This document shows, one piece after another, positions 39,053 to 52,579 of a stretch of DNA of 64,000 bases. The stretch is taken from NCBI GenBank assembly GCA_054772095.1, contig BAAGAE010000031.1, forward strand, positions 1,366,979 to 1,430,978, written 5' to 3'. The position numbers and the translations under genes were made by a program. Numbering within the stretch: the first letter of the stretch is position 1; each line of letters starts with the position of its first letter. This stretch comes from Chamberlinius hualienensis (taxonomy: Eukaryota). Under the pieces are notes generated by a model. It saw only the letters and a program-made list of their open reading frames with translations, did not search any database and had not been told where the DNA came from.

Positions 39053-39609
39053 CAGAGAACTCACACTAATTTCACACTCTCAGGACCGGCCATATTGTGT
39101 GAAAATAGAGAGAATGTGAAAATAAAGAATATTTTTTAAAATTAAAAAAATTAAATTTTCGTAAAGTAATCGTTAATTGTTGCCTGTTTTTGAGAAGCAG
39201 ACTTATTATAAACGATGCCTCTCTATCAGGCTCTTTAACTGTTGATTCTTTGTGGTGCTAAGAATCTTTGAAATATTGTTCTGTTGATGTCAACATTGAA
39301 TTCACTTTTTACCCACTTTTTCAAGTCTTTCTGTGTCATTCTTGGGTTCAATTCCTTACATTTCAAATTCTGTTTCTGCTTAGTTATCAGTGAACCATTT
39401 TTTTCCCACTTTTTCTGCTCATTTTTGAAAATATGTGAAATTACAGGGATACTAAAGTATGCATCGGGACAGTGATACTCAGTGATACTAGTGAGAATAT
39501 AGAGGTGTGAAATTAGCGCCTATATAGGTCCCAAGATGGGGCCACAGTCACACTGTGAAACTATAGAGATTGTGAAAATATAGAGGGTGAAATTAGGGAG
39601 AGTTCTCTG
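39053..39609. mobile_element. pogo/Tc1-mariner-like non-autonomous element, about 557 bp, with TIR CAGAGAACTC...GAGTTCTCTG and TA target-site duplication. It carries a remnant CENP-B-type HTH ORF on the minus strand
   Basis: TA flanks the element on both sides at 39051-52 and 39610-11. The subterminal region contains GTGAAA(T/A)TAGAG repeats. The internal sequence is about 93 to 95% identical to 58854-59417 in the inverse orientation. Confidence 0.75.
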
Positions 39610-40931
39610 TATTAGGATTTATAAAATTTGATCTTGATAATTGCATAAATGTTTGTGATTTTTGCCAAACATTTTAACGATTAATCTGAATATTTTAATT
39701 ACAGTAAGTGAGGGATTTTATAGCTTTATGGGTTTATGACTATTTTAAACATTATATTTGAAGCTTTAATACTTATATATTATGAATATGTAGCGTTTAA
39801 AAAATTGGTTATTTCAAAATTAACAGTTTCATTGTTTTACTGCATTTTTATGTTTCAAGTATTTGCTATTACACTTTCGCAGGTTTACCCACCTTATAAT
39901 TAAATTTTGGTTATTTGGTTAAGTATTTATTAATAACTCTAATGCGAGCGTTTATTAAATTATACACTTTTACGTCAATAATATTTACACCAGAGCTCGT
40001 AGTAATCCATAAGGAAATTGACAAAGCTTTCGAAATGAATTATTTAAGTTTGACAATTGAAATGGGATAAGTGTTGACATCAACTAGTTAAAACAACATG
40101 ACTCTAAATCGCTTTTTTTTTTTTTTCTTCCAATGCAGTATAATCTGATATAATCTTCTCATCGCAAATGTTTATATACATCTTAAAATCGTGTTGTTTC
40201 TTTGAAGTTAAAATGGCTTTGTGTGTTTACAATGTAAGCATTGGCTAAAACCGTGTATTTCGAATAGAAGTCAACGGAAAGACCAGCCATTTCATGTTGT
40301 GTAACGACACTAACTGACTATTAACAGCATTTATTTATCTCATGTAACAAATAAGATTCTTTTAGTGCTGCTTCCTGATGTTAACAGTGCAATTTTATCG
40401 ACGCTTTGTGACTTTTTTTTACGTTTTGTTTACCGTATTTAAAGCTGAAAGTTTGATATTTTGCTGAAATGTTTCAGAAGCGACGTTTTGACATTTCAGT
40501 AACTTTTAGGAAATTGAGTTATGCGTTTAGAGTATCTTAATTATTGTTAAAATTGTGAAATGTTTCTAACTCCAACCGTCTATTTAGGATTGTGATAGCG
40601 GATAATGTATGATAAAATAGGCATTTATTGATGTTTTCAGACGTGGACGTAGTAATTGCTTTCTGAATGCTCAGTAAGCATATTAAATCGGCCAACAATT
40701 CGATTTCACAGTCAAAAGTCAAATTGCGTGGTTAGATTATTTTTGAAAATATCGTCTATTATTAGTTAACGGGGCACTTTGACATGGCGTTTTCATGGTA
40801 ATTTTTGGCATGCAGTAATAATCTTATTATTTAAAATAATAAAAGCCACGGAGCGTATAATTGATTATCTGACTAATGTGACAGCTGGCGTGTTTGAATC
40901 GTTTTTTGAAAGAGTTTACAATTGCACTTAC

Positions 40932-41228
40932 CATGGACATTAATTCTCGAACTGTGCGTCGTTCTACCAACTTTGTTGGCCGCTGTGCACTGGTAAAGTC
41001 CGGCGTTATTGACATTCATATTTTGGAGATGAAGCACACTGACGACATTGCCATCCACGTCCAATCGGTCTTCCACTCGACTAACATTGCTTTTACGTAT
41101 CGAATTAAAGTCCAGATGCCACGTCACCTGAGGAGGCGGTATACCGAATATAACGCACTTGAGCGATACGCTTTGTCCAACTACCATCACTTTTTCGTCA
41201 AAAACTTCGAGAAAGTGAGGCGCAGCGT
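40932..41228 (-). CDS. Dscam: Dscam-like exon: Ig5 (DAAPHFLEVFDEKVMVVGQSVSLKCVIFGIPPPQVTWHLD...GLYQCTAANKVGRTTHSSRINVHG)
   Basis: tcgtAG acceptor and CAT G|GTAAGT donor. 297 nt in phase 1. The translation aligns with Dm Ig5 ...FLKCVAGGNPTPEISWELDG...GGLYKCIAKSKVGVAEHSAKLNVYG. Confidence 0.85.
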
Positions 41229-41479
41229 CTACGAAAAAAAAATAAACAAAATAAATACAAAAATTCACAGTTTAATCCGCTAATTTAAGAAATTATATAA
41301 TGTATGAAGTAAACATTTTGGTTAAAGTTGATTTTAAGAAAGTTTTATTTTTTTTTAAAATCTTGTTAGCTGGTTTTCGGTAACTTCGGTTATATCATAA
41401 ATCATGATTTAAAATTTCGCCTTAATGTTTCAAATTGTTGTTAATGAGACTATCAAAAGTTGCAAATGGATGCACTAAC

Positions 41480-41746
41480 CTTGGAGTCGTAATTCGGCAG
41501 TAGCTTGAGCCGTTTGGAATGAATTCGATACGAAACACTGATACATTCCTTTGTCTGGAAGCCGAACCTCTGAGATACGAAGAATATCTGTTTGTCCAGG
41601 ATGTAAGTCGTTGACAGGCAGCCATTTTCCATTATGAAGCCACTTGACTGAGGTGACCGGATTGCCCGAAATGGTGCATTTGAATTCGGCCGTTTTGCCC
41701 AAATCACTTATGTGAATTCTTGGGTGGATATCGGCTTGCAGTTTAG
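41480..41746 (-). CDS. Dscam: Dscam-like exon: Ig4 (AKLQADIHPRIHISDLGKTAEFKCTISGNPVTSVKWLHNGKWL...DKGMYQCFVSNSFQTAQATAELRLQ)
   Basis: atctAG acceptor and CAA G|GTTAGT donor. Almost identical to Dm Ig4 ...VKKEDKGMYQCFVRNDQESAEASAELKLG. Confidence 0.87.
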
Positions 41747-41821
41747 CTAGATTTTTAATATATACAGCATATAGTAAATTGAAACTTTAACAATTTGAAG
41801 AAATCGACTTTAATAATTTAC

Positions 41822-42000
41822 CTGTTACAGTGAGTACTGTTTCGGCTCTTTTGTTTCCAACATCGTTAATGACGTCACAAACGTATGTACCCGAGTCGGA
41901 TACTTGAATGTTTCTTATAAGAAGTCCGCTGCCAATTTTTTGAAATCTTTCACCAGAAAGCAATGGATGAAGCTGACCTCCACCAACTTTTCCATACCAT
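41822..42000 (-). CDS. Dscam: Dscam-like exon: C-terminal half of Ig3 (WYGKVGGGQLHPLLSGERFQKIGSGLLIRNIQVSDSGTYVCDVINDVGNKRAETVLTVT)
   Basis: tatAG acceptor and ACA G|GTAAAT donor. The translation aligns with Dm constant exon 7 ...VSGTLIIKDAVVEDSGKYLCVVNNSVGGESVETVLTVT. Confidence 0.87.
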
Positions 42001-42555
42001 CTATATTGTTAAGTTGACAACCATCAAACACAGGATTAGTAATATTTTGGTTAATAACTTATTCTGAGCGTTACAGCATAGTTAAAGTTAACTGGCGATT
42101 GAATATTATTTTTTGTTGTTGTTTCTGCTGCTGCTACCGCTTCTGCTGTTGTTGACGAAATTGTTTGAAGTGGACATTAACGACATGTGACACACTCAAC
42201 CTAACATTTATTGATCATCTTTTTTGGTATCTATGGCTGCTGGTGTATATTTATATCGTATGTCCTGTCATTGGACATACCGAGTCATTGAGTCACTGAC
42301 TGACAGATATGCCTCATCAAAATGGACATATAAGAGCAGTCATTGTCAAATGATAGGCTCAACATATCAATAAATGAGCGTTTTGGATTATAGTAACATG
42401 ATTTAAGCAGCATTCTTGCTCTTATTTGGCTCCCATGGCACTTCTTTGTGCGTCAATTGAGTGTGAACACGACCCACTATATACATTTAATATCTAACTA
42501 TGCTGTACGCTGGGTTTGTGCTCATTAATGAGATGCTATACGAATTCATTCTTAC

Positions 42556-42673
42556 GTGGTTATTGGCAACGGATAGCCCTGAGTGGCACAGGGAATCACT
42601 ATGGTCTCTCCTTCCTTCACCATCATTGTTGGCTTAGTGTCAATTACTTCTGGTTGGACGTTGCTTTGGGGAG
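42556..42673 (-). CDS. Dscam: Dscam-like exon: N-terminal half of Ig3, 118 nt (APQSNVQPEVIDTKPTMMVKEGETIVIPCATQGYPLPITT)
   Basis: ttggcAG acceptor and AC|GTAAGA donor. Phase 1 in and phase 2 out, as in the insect exon 6 class. It aligns with Dm exon 6 ...STMALLCPAQGYPVPVFRWY. I found only one copy in the window. Confidence 0.78.
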
Positions 42674-43501
42674 CTGCCAAACGAAAAATAATAATTGAAA
42701 GATACCTGTCAGATTTTGATTTTATTAATTCGGTAGCTGCTACCGGCAATGAATGCTCTGGAGCTATTACTCTTTTGTTTGGGAACTGATTTTAATTCGA
42801 CACGTACATTATTAAAGGCTGACTAAAATTCATTGTTGTTATCCGACTCTTCGCAACAAAAGCGGTTATTGATCGCATATAGGATAATCTTATGCGCGAT
42901 CTTGTATGCATAATACAAAAATGCTGATGAGATTTTGCCTTTTATAATTTAAACAGCGCTTATTAAAAGGTGCATCGACGTTTTATGACGAGATATTTTA
43001 CACACTTTTGGCAATCTAGTACTCGGGCATTTTGTAACGATTACTTGCATCCAGAATTGTTTCCACGTAAACCACTGATTCAAATTATAATAGCCATTGG
43101 CATCATTTGGTAAATTGGTACTGCATTTTGATTCAATTTTATATTTCGCTTACAGTTAATTAGCTTACGGTTGTCGCATTCATTTACTAATTTTGCATGA
43201 TTACATGAAAACTGTATTAAAAGTATTATCATGATTAGAAAACTCGCGAATGCCGAGTTTCCTTATTTTCAAGTGTTAGGTGACTGAATTTTAAGCATTA
43301 ACTTAAAAAAAATCACTCGTTTATTGAGCAAAAGTGTGCCATGTTTTCTTATTTACGAAAATTCAATTACTGCAACCTCTAACAATCTTTGACGAGTACG
43401 TTTGACTCAATTGTGATTGAGCGCCTACTACAATGAGTGACTAAACATGAGTCACTATAAAGAAAACTAGGTATCATCATCATCCTATGGCTATGTAAGT
43501 A

Positions 43502-44189
43502 CAGTGATACCTCTTATAACGAGTTTAATGCGTGACTAACTCTTGCTCGTTATGTGGAACAATTTTTCCCATAGAAATCAATGTAAAACGCGATAATGCG
43601 TTCCATGACAAAAAAATGCCAATTTCGTATGTAACGTTTCAAATACAATTAATATTAACAACAAACTGTTAAAATCTTAATTGTATTTGACTGTAAAGCT
43701 GTTAAGAGTCATTTGTTTTTGCCATTGCTTCAAAATTTGGTGAAAATGTAACACAGCATTGTCATTGAATACATTTCCAGCACCCATCACTACCGCCTTA
43801 TTAGGGTGATGTTTCGATTATTAATTAGATCGATTGTACAGGCGTGCTAGATAAGTCACTCTGTTCAATTATTTTACATTTTATTTCAGTTTTTATTTTG
43901 TAGTCTCTTATGGTAGTCTTCTTTTGACTTTTTCTTTGGGGACATTTTTGCAAGCGTTATTCAACTAAAAACTCTAATGACTAAATTAAAATGTAAAAAC
44001 AAATTTCAAAAAATTTCCTTTTTCAAAAAATTGTGTGAAAATGGCGCCATAAGTCTCGCGAGTGACAGAAAGTGGGGATTTCCTCTTTCAAAATCACTCG
44101 TTATGTGGAACATTGCTCGTTTTGAGAGCAATTTTTGTACCATTTTTTTTGCTCGTTATGTGGACTACACGTTATAAGAGGTACCACTG
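43502..44189. mobile_element. Tc1-like MITE, 688 bp, with 20-bp TIR CAGTG(A/G)TACCTCTTATAACG and TA target-site duplication
   Basis: The left TIR CAGTGATACCTCTTATAACG is at 43502-43521. The right TIR at 44170-44189 is its reverse complement, with one mismatch. TA flanks the element at 43500-01 and 44190-91. The internal sequence has repeated CTCGTTATGTGGA motifs. A 66-aa ORF at 43977-44177 has no recognisable domain. Confidence 0.7.
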
Positions 44190-47100
44190 TAGTTGCCAAT
44201 TCAAGTGTGAACTATACAATTTTTCTGCTTGTTTTGGGAATGTTGAGGAATGTTTTAGAATAACTCTTTTCATAGAACTGTATTATGATAGCGTATTTTT
44301 TACCTTATTCGTATATTATTTAGAACATTTGGCCCTGTCAATACGACTTTTACTGCTTCTTATGTTTCCTTGCGGTGCTTCATACGTAAATAAATGAATT
44401 TGGTCTCCCACGCTCATTTTAAGAATAAGAAATATTTTTGCTTACATTAATTTGGTGAAGTGACTTTTTTCTTATAGATACAAGGTTGGTTAGACGGCTA
44501 CAATAAGCTTCACTCGTATCGGAATGCTTTGTAAATGCTCCATTTTCAAGTCAAATATCTTTCTTTTCATGTAAAATGTTATGCTAATCTAAACTAAAAG
44601 TTTTTAAGAATAAGAAAAAGTCCTGTGGCTTGGTTAATTTGACCTTTTCGTACATGGATATATGCAATTTCTGTAGATAAACTAAGTCTGCGTTGCATGT
44701 AAAATAAACAATATCGATTTTTTTATGTGAAAAGCAAAAGACGTTGTGAACGTTTGATTTCGATGACAAAAAAATGCAGATAAATTCGTACACGAGACCA
44801 CACTCGAGTCTGGGAGGAGATTTTGCTTAAAAATACAGTATGTGCCTTTTTTTTTTTTTTTTGGCGATTAAAACTTTTTTTGCGATTTTTCTGTAAGCTT
44901 TTTGAGTTTGATACTTTGGACACTTCGCTATTCTGTACAGAAAACATTTCGTTGATATTTAAAGTTAATGGAATATCCCTTGTTTAAAATGAAGTTTTTA
45001 TTTTAGAATATAGTACGCAAGAGGGTAAACTGTTTGTTTTATATGTGAAAAAAGTAACTTTTGTTTATAGTATAGATTTCATATTTTATTCCGGTTTTTG
45101 TTTTATGACTCGTGTCTAAATTAAATATCTGCGCCACTTGTATTTTGGTCGTACCTAAATTGTAGATATTACTGAAGTAACGAAATTGCGTGATCTGAAA
45201 ATAAATTTGGCTGAATTATTATCTTTCGTATACAATATTATACTGTATATAAACAGTTAGCTGTATTTTTGGATCTCTGTAATTGTGAAGAATGGCGTGA
45301 TTTGAATTGCAGTTGGAGCTTTAGAAGTGAGTTTGTCCAAGCAGAAATACGGTAAACTTTTGTGGTCGTCTTGGGATTTTACTAAAGCTCAAACTTTTCG
45401 TTTGCCTTGTCTCGATATTTATTTTCCTTAGATAAACTTGTTTTACTTGCAGTAGATTTGCACGTAAATGTGTAGATTTACTGAGAAGTAAACTCTTCTT
45501 CATACACCGACCACACACTTTCTCGATGATGATTAAAATTGCACAAATTTTCTACTGAGAATTTGGCTGATTTACTTCAGCTCTAATAGATAACGATTTG
45601 AATGTTAATCATTTTGCAGCTGCTCCTAATAATTCGATTAGGAGGTGCAAAGACATTCTGCAGATTGAAGTTACAAGGAAATTAATAAATTTTTTTTTTG
45701 TACCTCAGAATTTGTTTGACGTCACTTGAGAGTAATTATCAGTTTATTGGACACGGATTTCAGCATCGTCGCTGGAACGTAAGGCGTTAAATTTAGAAGT
45801 AACGATGCGTTAACGTCTGAATATTAATTCTATCTTTAGCAATTAATGAAAGGATTGGTAGGTAGTGTTTTGTAATTTGTATTATGGGAGAATTGAGATG
45901 TAGGATGGTGTCAACCCTCCCACACCCATCCCTCGACCTCCCTCAATCATCAATTTTTCTTTCTTTTCTGCTCCAATTTTCAGTACAACCCACATCAATT
46001 ACTGTATACATCAACGCCATATCACATTGTTAGACGCCAAAAATAGAATTTTTTCTTCGAACTTTTACTTTGTGCGTAGTGGTGGTGAGGGGAAGGTACA
46101 GTAATATACTGTAGGTTGTAGGGTGAGTTGTGAACCTTATACTGTACGTTGCTTTGGTCATCAACGACGATTTTACGTGGCACCTAATTAATTTGACGAG
46201 CGTTAATTAACAAATTATGGTGTGAAGAGAAAATTAAAATATGTCTTAACGAATGATATAATTATACGTTGACATTTTTATTATTTTTTAAGCTAATTTC
46301 AATTGTTCCTACTCGGCACTAGTAAAAAAATAATGACTTAAAATTGAGAAAGACATTTGTGATATAAATATACTGTAAGTTTTGAGAAATTTAATATACT
46401 TAGTAGAATGGTGTTTATGTAACTCTATATCCAATCATTGTTGATCGAATTAATGGCGCTTTCGTCGTTATTTAATCTCGGTAAATTTCGGTGAATTGAA
46501 AATTAACATCTTTGGGTATTATTCATATATACAGGGTGCTTTGCGATCAAAATATTAACATTTAAGGAGCAAATAAAGATGTAAAAATAGTTATTCGGAA
46601 GAGCTACAGACTAATGATAGTTTGAGACATTCGTTGTCATTGGTCCATAAAGGAAATTTGCTTTTTCGAGGTATAAACCATTCTTTGGTACAATTAAGTA
46701 GTACATTTAAAAATTAACATTTCTCAGCGGTTTCTAGTGAAATTCATTTGGACGAAATATTTCTACACTTTAATGGCGTAATTGGGGTATTTAAAAATTG
46801 TGGATATTTTCAACTCAACGTTTAGCATTACTATTAACACAATTCATGCTAAAGTGTAAATACCCAAACATGGCTTTCACTACGCGGGCGATTTTCCTCA
46901 AGATAATTCTCTCTATTGTTGTGCTCTTAGTGGCGTTTCTTTTCAAGGTAATTTCAAATACGGTAATGAAGTTACTACAATATCTGACTTTAGATAATGA
47001 AGCAATTCTGAATGACTAAAGTGAACCGTGTATTGCGTTCTTTATAAATTTGCATACACTACGCCATTAAGTTTCTGCGAAGTCTTTAAACCGAAATGGA

Positions 47101-50100
47101 GAATGGCATTAATTGTGTTTTGTTATCGCAACTATTCTATTGCCTATGAAATTTGATATTGAACTCAGGTGAGATAATATTGCACGTTAGCGGAAAGGGA
47201 TGTTCCAAAAGATTTCAATATTTTTTTTAACGTTATAAATTGTGAGTGTGCGTCGTAATGCAATTTGAATAATCCCTTCGTTGTGTATCTCTTAATAATA
47301 TTCACAACAACTAATGATATATAATACTCATTTCTAACTTGATATATCGATCTTTTAAATTATCTTTATGTGGCATCAAATTACACAAAGCAAAGAATTT
47401 CTCAACTTTTATTTAATTAATAGAGTAACCGAGACTTCAATTTTTTTATTTCTATAATAAATTTATAACCAAGTGGTAATTTTATTTGAACTATTTTTGT
47501 ATCATTATCGCTGGAAAGGATGTTTTTAAATAATTACTTTTGTTTGTCTGAGCTTTTGTTGTATTTTACTTTACTTTAATACAAAGATTAATATTGAAAA
47601 ATAATTGGGATTATTGGAAATCCTTTGCTTATTTTGCTTGCGCTTCTAAACACACAACAACGCTGCAGTTGAGACAAATTGAGTGATTCGTTTGGATGAA
47701 AGCCAGATAAAAAATGTCTTGTGTGCGCCTTTTTTTTTCTTTTTTTTTTTCTCTTTAGGTTCTAGTCTTGTTGTTTTTGTATAAAACGTGTGCTATATAC
47801 TGTATGGTGAATGGGTAACATTTCTGTGGTGCTAGCGATGCCACTGCAGTGGAAATAAGAAAATATACATCTATATAAAAATAGAGATCGAGAAAGATTG
47901 TGTCAATGAACCGTTGACTCTTGTATTGCATTTTCCACCCATTGGCTTTGATGCTGTATCTAATTCCCTCAGTTGGATCAGCTCAGACTCGGTTTCTCTT
48001 TTAACAACTGCATTGAGAATTCGATCAGGCCTTAAGAATAAGTTTATTTCCCTTTTCCCACTTACTGACCAATGGTTTTTTTTTTTTTTTTTTTTTTGAT
48101 TAATTGCAGAGCAGCCAATCTCTTATAACTTCTCATAGGTAAAACTGATTGTAATAACATTGTTAAATGTTAAGTTATTCTTAAATATGCAGTAATGTGG
48201 TGGGACAATTGAGGAATTGGTGTGAAATGTTCAGCACAGGACAAAAGTATTTCTTTTTTTTTATCAATTTAATTTTAATAATTTTTTAAAATTTTCTTGG
48301 CACTGAGTGTTGGTCATACTCTTAAACGCATCTCACAATTTCATTTGCTTTTGTGAACGTTGGAAAGTCGTACATGGCCTTCCGAGATGTTGATCATAAT
48401 TGTGGTCAAGCAAGTTGTGCAAACATGGATTAAATAAAATGTTTTGTGTTATCATCGCATTTTGTACATCTAAAAATGTTTTTGGGTAAACCTTAATTTC
48501 TTTGATCATTTGTATTATTATTATTATTATTATTGGCGCTTATTACTGTAATGGTTGCGTTGGCGCCATTGTTTTTATTGCGAAGACGCTAGAAAACGTC
48601 CAACTGAATAGATAGATGTAGCTTCTCACTTTCTTAGTTATCATCATCATCATTATCCCCATCATTTCTATTGTTGTTGCTGGTATATCGAGTGTGGCTT
48701 TTTCTTGGAATGAAAATTTGTGATCACAGACGACCGTTATAGAGGAAGTTGGGAAAGGGGATTTAATTGTATCAGGGGATTTCATGTTAGGATTGTTAGA
48801 GTTTTGAGGGGGAAGAAGAAGAAATAGCCAGTTGCAACTAGATAACTGTTTCGGTTGTTGTAGTACAGTATGTTTGGCATCATATTCATTAAGTAAAGTG
48901 GAATGAGCGAATAAACAAAAGAAAATAGTGTGGGAGAGAAAAAAAAAAGTAAGAAAAACTCCAAAGTAATTTGGGAATAAGAAAACGTAGGATAGAAAAA
49001 AAAAACTACAATACTTTGAGAGCTGTGATAAAATACTTATCAACAATTTATTTTGAGTCAACAACAAAAAACGGTGGTGATAATACAAGTCATTTATTAA
49101 ACAAAGTCAAAACCTCTTAGCACCATTTTCTCGCGAGAATTTCTAACTTAACAAGTTTACCAAATACTGTAGTAATAAAAAATAACAATGATGATTAACT
49201 TTTGTCTGGTTTTGATTTTCAAATTCTATTTTTTGAGACTAACGATGGAACAAAGTTTTTTAAATTTTCAATGACTAAGTGACTGCATTTTAAGCATTCA
49301 CTTAAAAATCATGATATACAGTATAGGAAAATATTGTGTGGTGAAGTTATTTTTCCAAGTGAACGCTTAAAATTCAATCACTTATCGCTTGTAGATAAGA
49401 AAACTTTGTCCCATATTTGTTGCAAAAGATTTCAAAGTTGCATAAAATTTTTTTTTAAAAAAAGTTTTTTGTATTGAGCTGGTGCAAAAGCAAAGGCAGT
49501 TTATTACATTTAATCTTAAACAATAACCGTTCATCACACTTATTATCTAGAAAAAGTTTTTCACGAACTATTTTTAACTAGCTATTGTTTATGGTAAAAA
49601 TTTCCAAAAATTAGATGCATAATCCGTTTTTAGTGTGTTCGCGATTTATAATTACATTAATCGATCATTCATAATTGGAGTGTTAATGCTTAATCAGATA
49701 TTAATTAATACGTTTTTATGCATAAAATAAAATAAAATCACCATAAAATTTAATAATCTTCATTAATTTAGTTATTGTTTTGTTTTTTTTTTTGATTGGG
49801 TTAATGTCTTGTGTTGCGTAACGTTTACTTTTTGTTATAGTCGATGAACGTTGTTTATTTTTCTCTTACTCGTATAAATTTATTAGTACAATTATTGTTG
49901 AATGCAATAAATACACAACACCTACTGTATCCCATCATTTCGATCGATTGCGATAAAAAAACAAAGCGTGCTATTTTTATTATTTTTTTTTTTTTTGGAA
50001 CTAATTTTGATATTTTACATTGTGTTAAACAAAATTTGACGTGCTGCAGTTTACTCAAAACGCAGACGAAACTCATTTGATAAGTTTATCTAAGAGTGCA

Positions 50101-51837
50101 AATTGTCTCTTCAAATATTTTACATATGGAAATACGATCAAGAGAAAAATTTGGCAAAAATAAGTAATTTTTTCGCGGAAAAAAATAATAAAAAAAATAG
50201 TCAATTGGGGCAACTAGCAAAAGTTATATATTACGTTTTCAGTGAAACTCGAATTTCAATTGCGCTATATATATATATATATATTTTTTTTTTACTTGTT
50301 TTTCACTGTTGTTTTCTTCAAGTAGAATAATTTCGGTTGAAACGAAAAAGATTTTTTTTCATTTGCATTTATTTGATAGAACGCATAACTTTTTCCTTTT
50401 TTAAGGGTCTCGGTTTTTATCTTTTGTCGTTAAAATTTTTTTTTTTTATATTTTTTTCTCAGTTGTCGCTGTTACATATTCCCCATATGCTGGTGGTTGC
50501 TCTTTTCTTTTAACCCCCAAAGAGATTGAATAAGAGAGTCGTTAATTTCGACATTTTCTTATCCTTTTTATTTTTTTTTTATTTTCGTTTAGTTCCTTCT
50601 TCTGTGTTTTATTTTTTCTACTTTTTTAGTAACAAATGTTATTTTTTCTTCCTGTATATCCCCTGTTTCATCTATTTGGCACATTATGTATGCGACTTTT
50701 TACGTTGCCATAGAAACTGAATTTTTTTTTTCTACTTGAGATTCGGCGAAGATAAACAATGCAACCGTTTGAAGACACTGACTGCTTGATATTGTATGTG
50801 TGAAGTAGTTGAAACGCAAATTAACTTTTAAAAAAATGTTAATGACTTATTTTAATTACTAATGCGGTTAGTTATCATTACCACTTTGCCTGATAACTAT
50901 CGTTAACTAATAACTAGGTAATCATATTTGGTACAATTGCAGTTTAGTAGCAATATTATAGATGTTATGATTAAGTTAATTATCTGACAACATAAACTTT
51001 TTTTTTTAGAACTATTAACGCATAATTTACAGTAACAATAACAAGTACAGTCTACTTGCGTAATCGATATTTGCGATTTTGACATGGTTTAATTTGGAAG
51101 TTATTGTGATTAATTGCATTACTCACGTTTTACTTGTGAAACTTGGCTTTTTCTAGATGATTATGAATTTGACTAATGGCTATTGATTAATTAACAAGAC
51201 AATACACTTTAATTATTTATAATTTATTTTAGTTTTCACCAGACTGTAAATTGAAACCATAAGTGTTAATTTCCTTAGTGGCAGCTGCCTTCTGCATTGT
51301 GTGAATTATAACTGACCGTTTATTGTGACTGTCATGGATAAATCTAGACGTTATCTCTTTTTACATCGACGATATAAATGAAAAACAGAGTGATTTTTTT
51401 TTTTTTTGAGTTACGACATCGTTGAGCTGGATGGACAATTTATCACAGGAAAAAGTTTTCATTAAAACATTGCTTAGTTGACAGTTTAGAAAGCTGAATT
51501 AGGTCAAATAATAAAACACTGCAGTGCCATTATGCCACTCAAGTCTGTTTACTAATACTGTGATGGGAATGATTTCATCGATGACTTTTATTAGACAATG
51601 GCAACTAAAGTATACTTGAAATAAACTAAAGAAATTTTTGATAATTTTTGAAGGTGAATCGTTGGAAGTTGTTTACCTTCGTTCATTACCAGATAAACTC
51701 CTTTAGAGCTATTTTTGTAAATTTGCAAAGCGGTGTTTTATTATTTTTATTATTCAATTTTTTTGATTTTTCTTTTATTACTGAAGAATAACTAATTATG
51801 ATAATAGGAGAAATTAAATTTATGTTTAAAAAAAAAT

Positions 51838-51918
51838 CGCTGCGAGCAGGATTCGAACCTGCGCGGGTGACCCCATTAGATTTCAAGTCTAACGCCTTAA
51901 CCACTCGGCCATCGCAGC
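51838..51918 (-). tRNA. tRNA-Ser, anticodon UGA, identical copy
   Basis: The 81-nt sequence is identical to the copy at 30181-30261. A T9 run lies 3' on the minus strand. It sits in the intron between the Ig2 C-half exon and the Ig3 N-half exon. Confidence 0.9.
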
Positions 51919-52498
51919 TGCTACGGAAACTCCTGCACTGTTTTGCGTCGCCTTCATAAATCTGCTCAAAACTTTCTTCCCTTCTTCAATATTTTCCTCC
52001 GAAATTTTAATAGCAGGTATATCTTAGTGCTTATAACGATTTATGAATGTACAGGAAAGATTTATTTTATCAACATTTTAGCATTTTGTAATTCAAGACT
52101 GCCATATCTAGTAGATATTGTTGAGGTAATTTAGGTATATTGCAATGAAGCTTAATCACCATAAAAAGTGCTATAATATTTATGTTTAAAAAAATTTTTA
52201 GTTTATTTTTGTAGAATGCATTTTTAATTAGCGATTGCACATAAAAAATTTTTGAATGAAATTTAGGGTGGTGCCAATCGTTCTTTTTTGCAAGAAATGC
52301 GTAACTAAATTTCAAGCATTCACTTAAAACGTGGAGTTATTACTTTGTAAAATTTGCGATCTGAAATTTTTAACCAATATCATACATAAAGGGGTATAAC
52401 GCAGCTGTTTATAAAATTCTATATGTTTTGTTGTTACCGTACTCACAGTGTTACTTCTAAGTTACTACAACATACTGTATATCAAAAAGAAAAAATTT

Positions 52499-52579
52499 CG
52501 CTGCGAGCAGGATTCGAACCTGCGCGGGTGACCCCATTAGATTTCAAGTCTAACGCCTTAACCACTCGGCCATCGCAGC
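52499..52579 (-). tRNA. tRNA-Ser, anticodon UGA, identical copy
   Basis: The 81-nt sequence is identical to the other two copies. The terminator is T6 C T5 on the minus strand. It lies 580 bp from the previous copy on the same strand. Confidence 0.9.
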
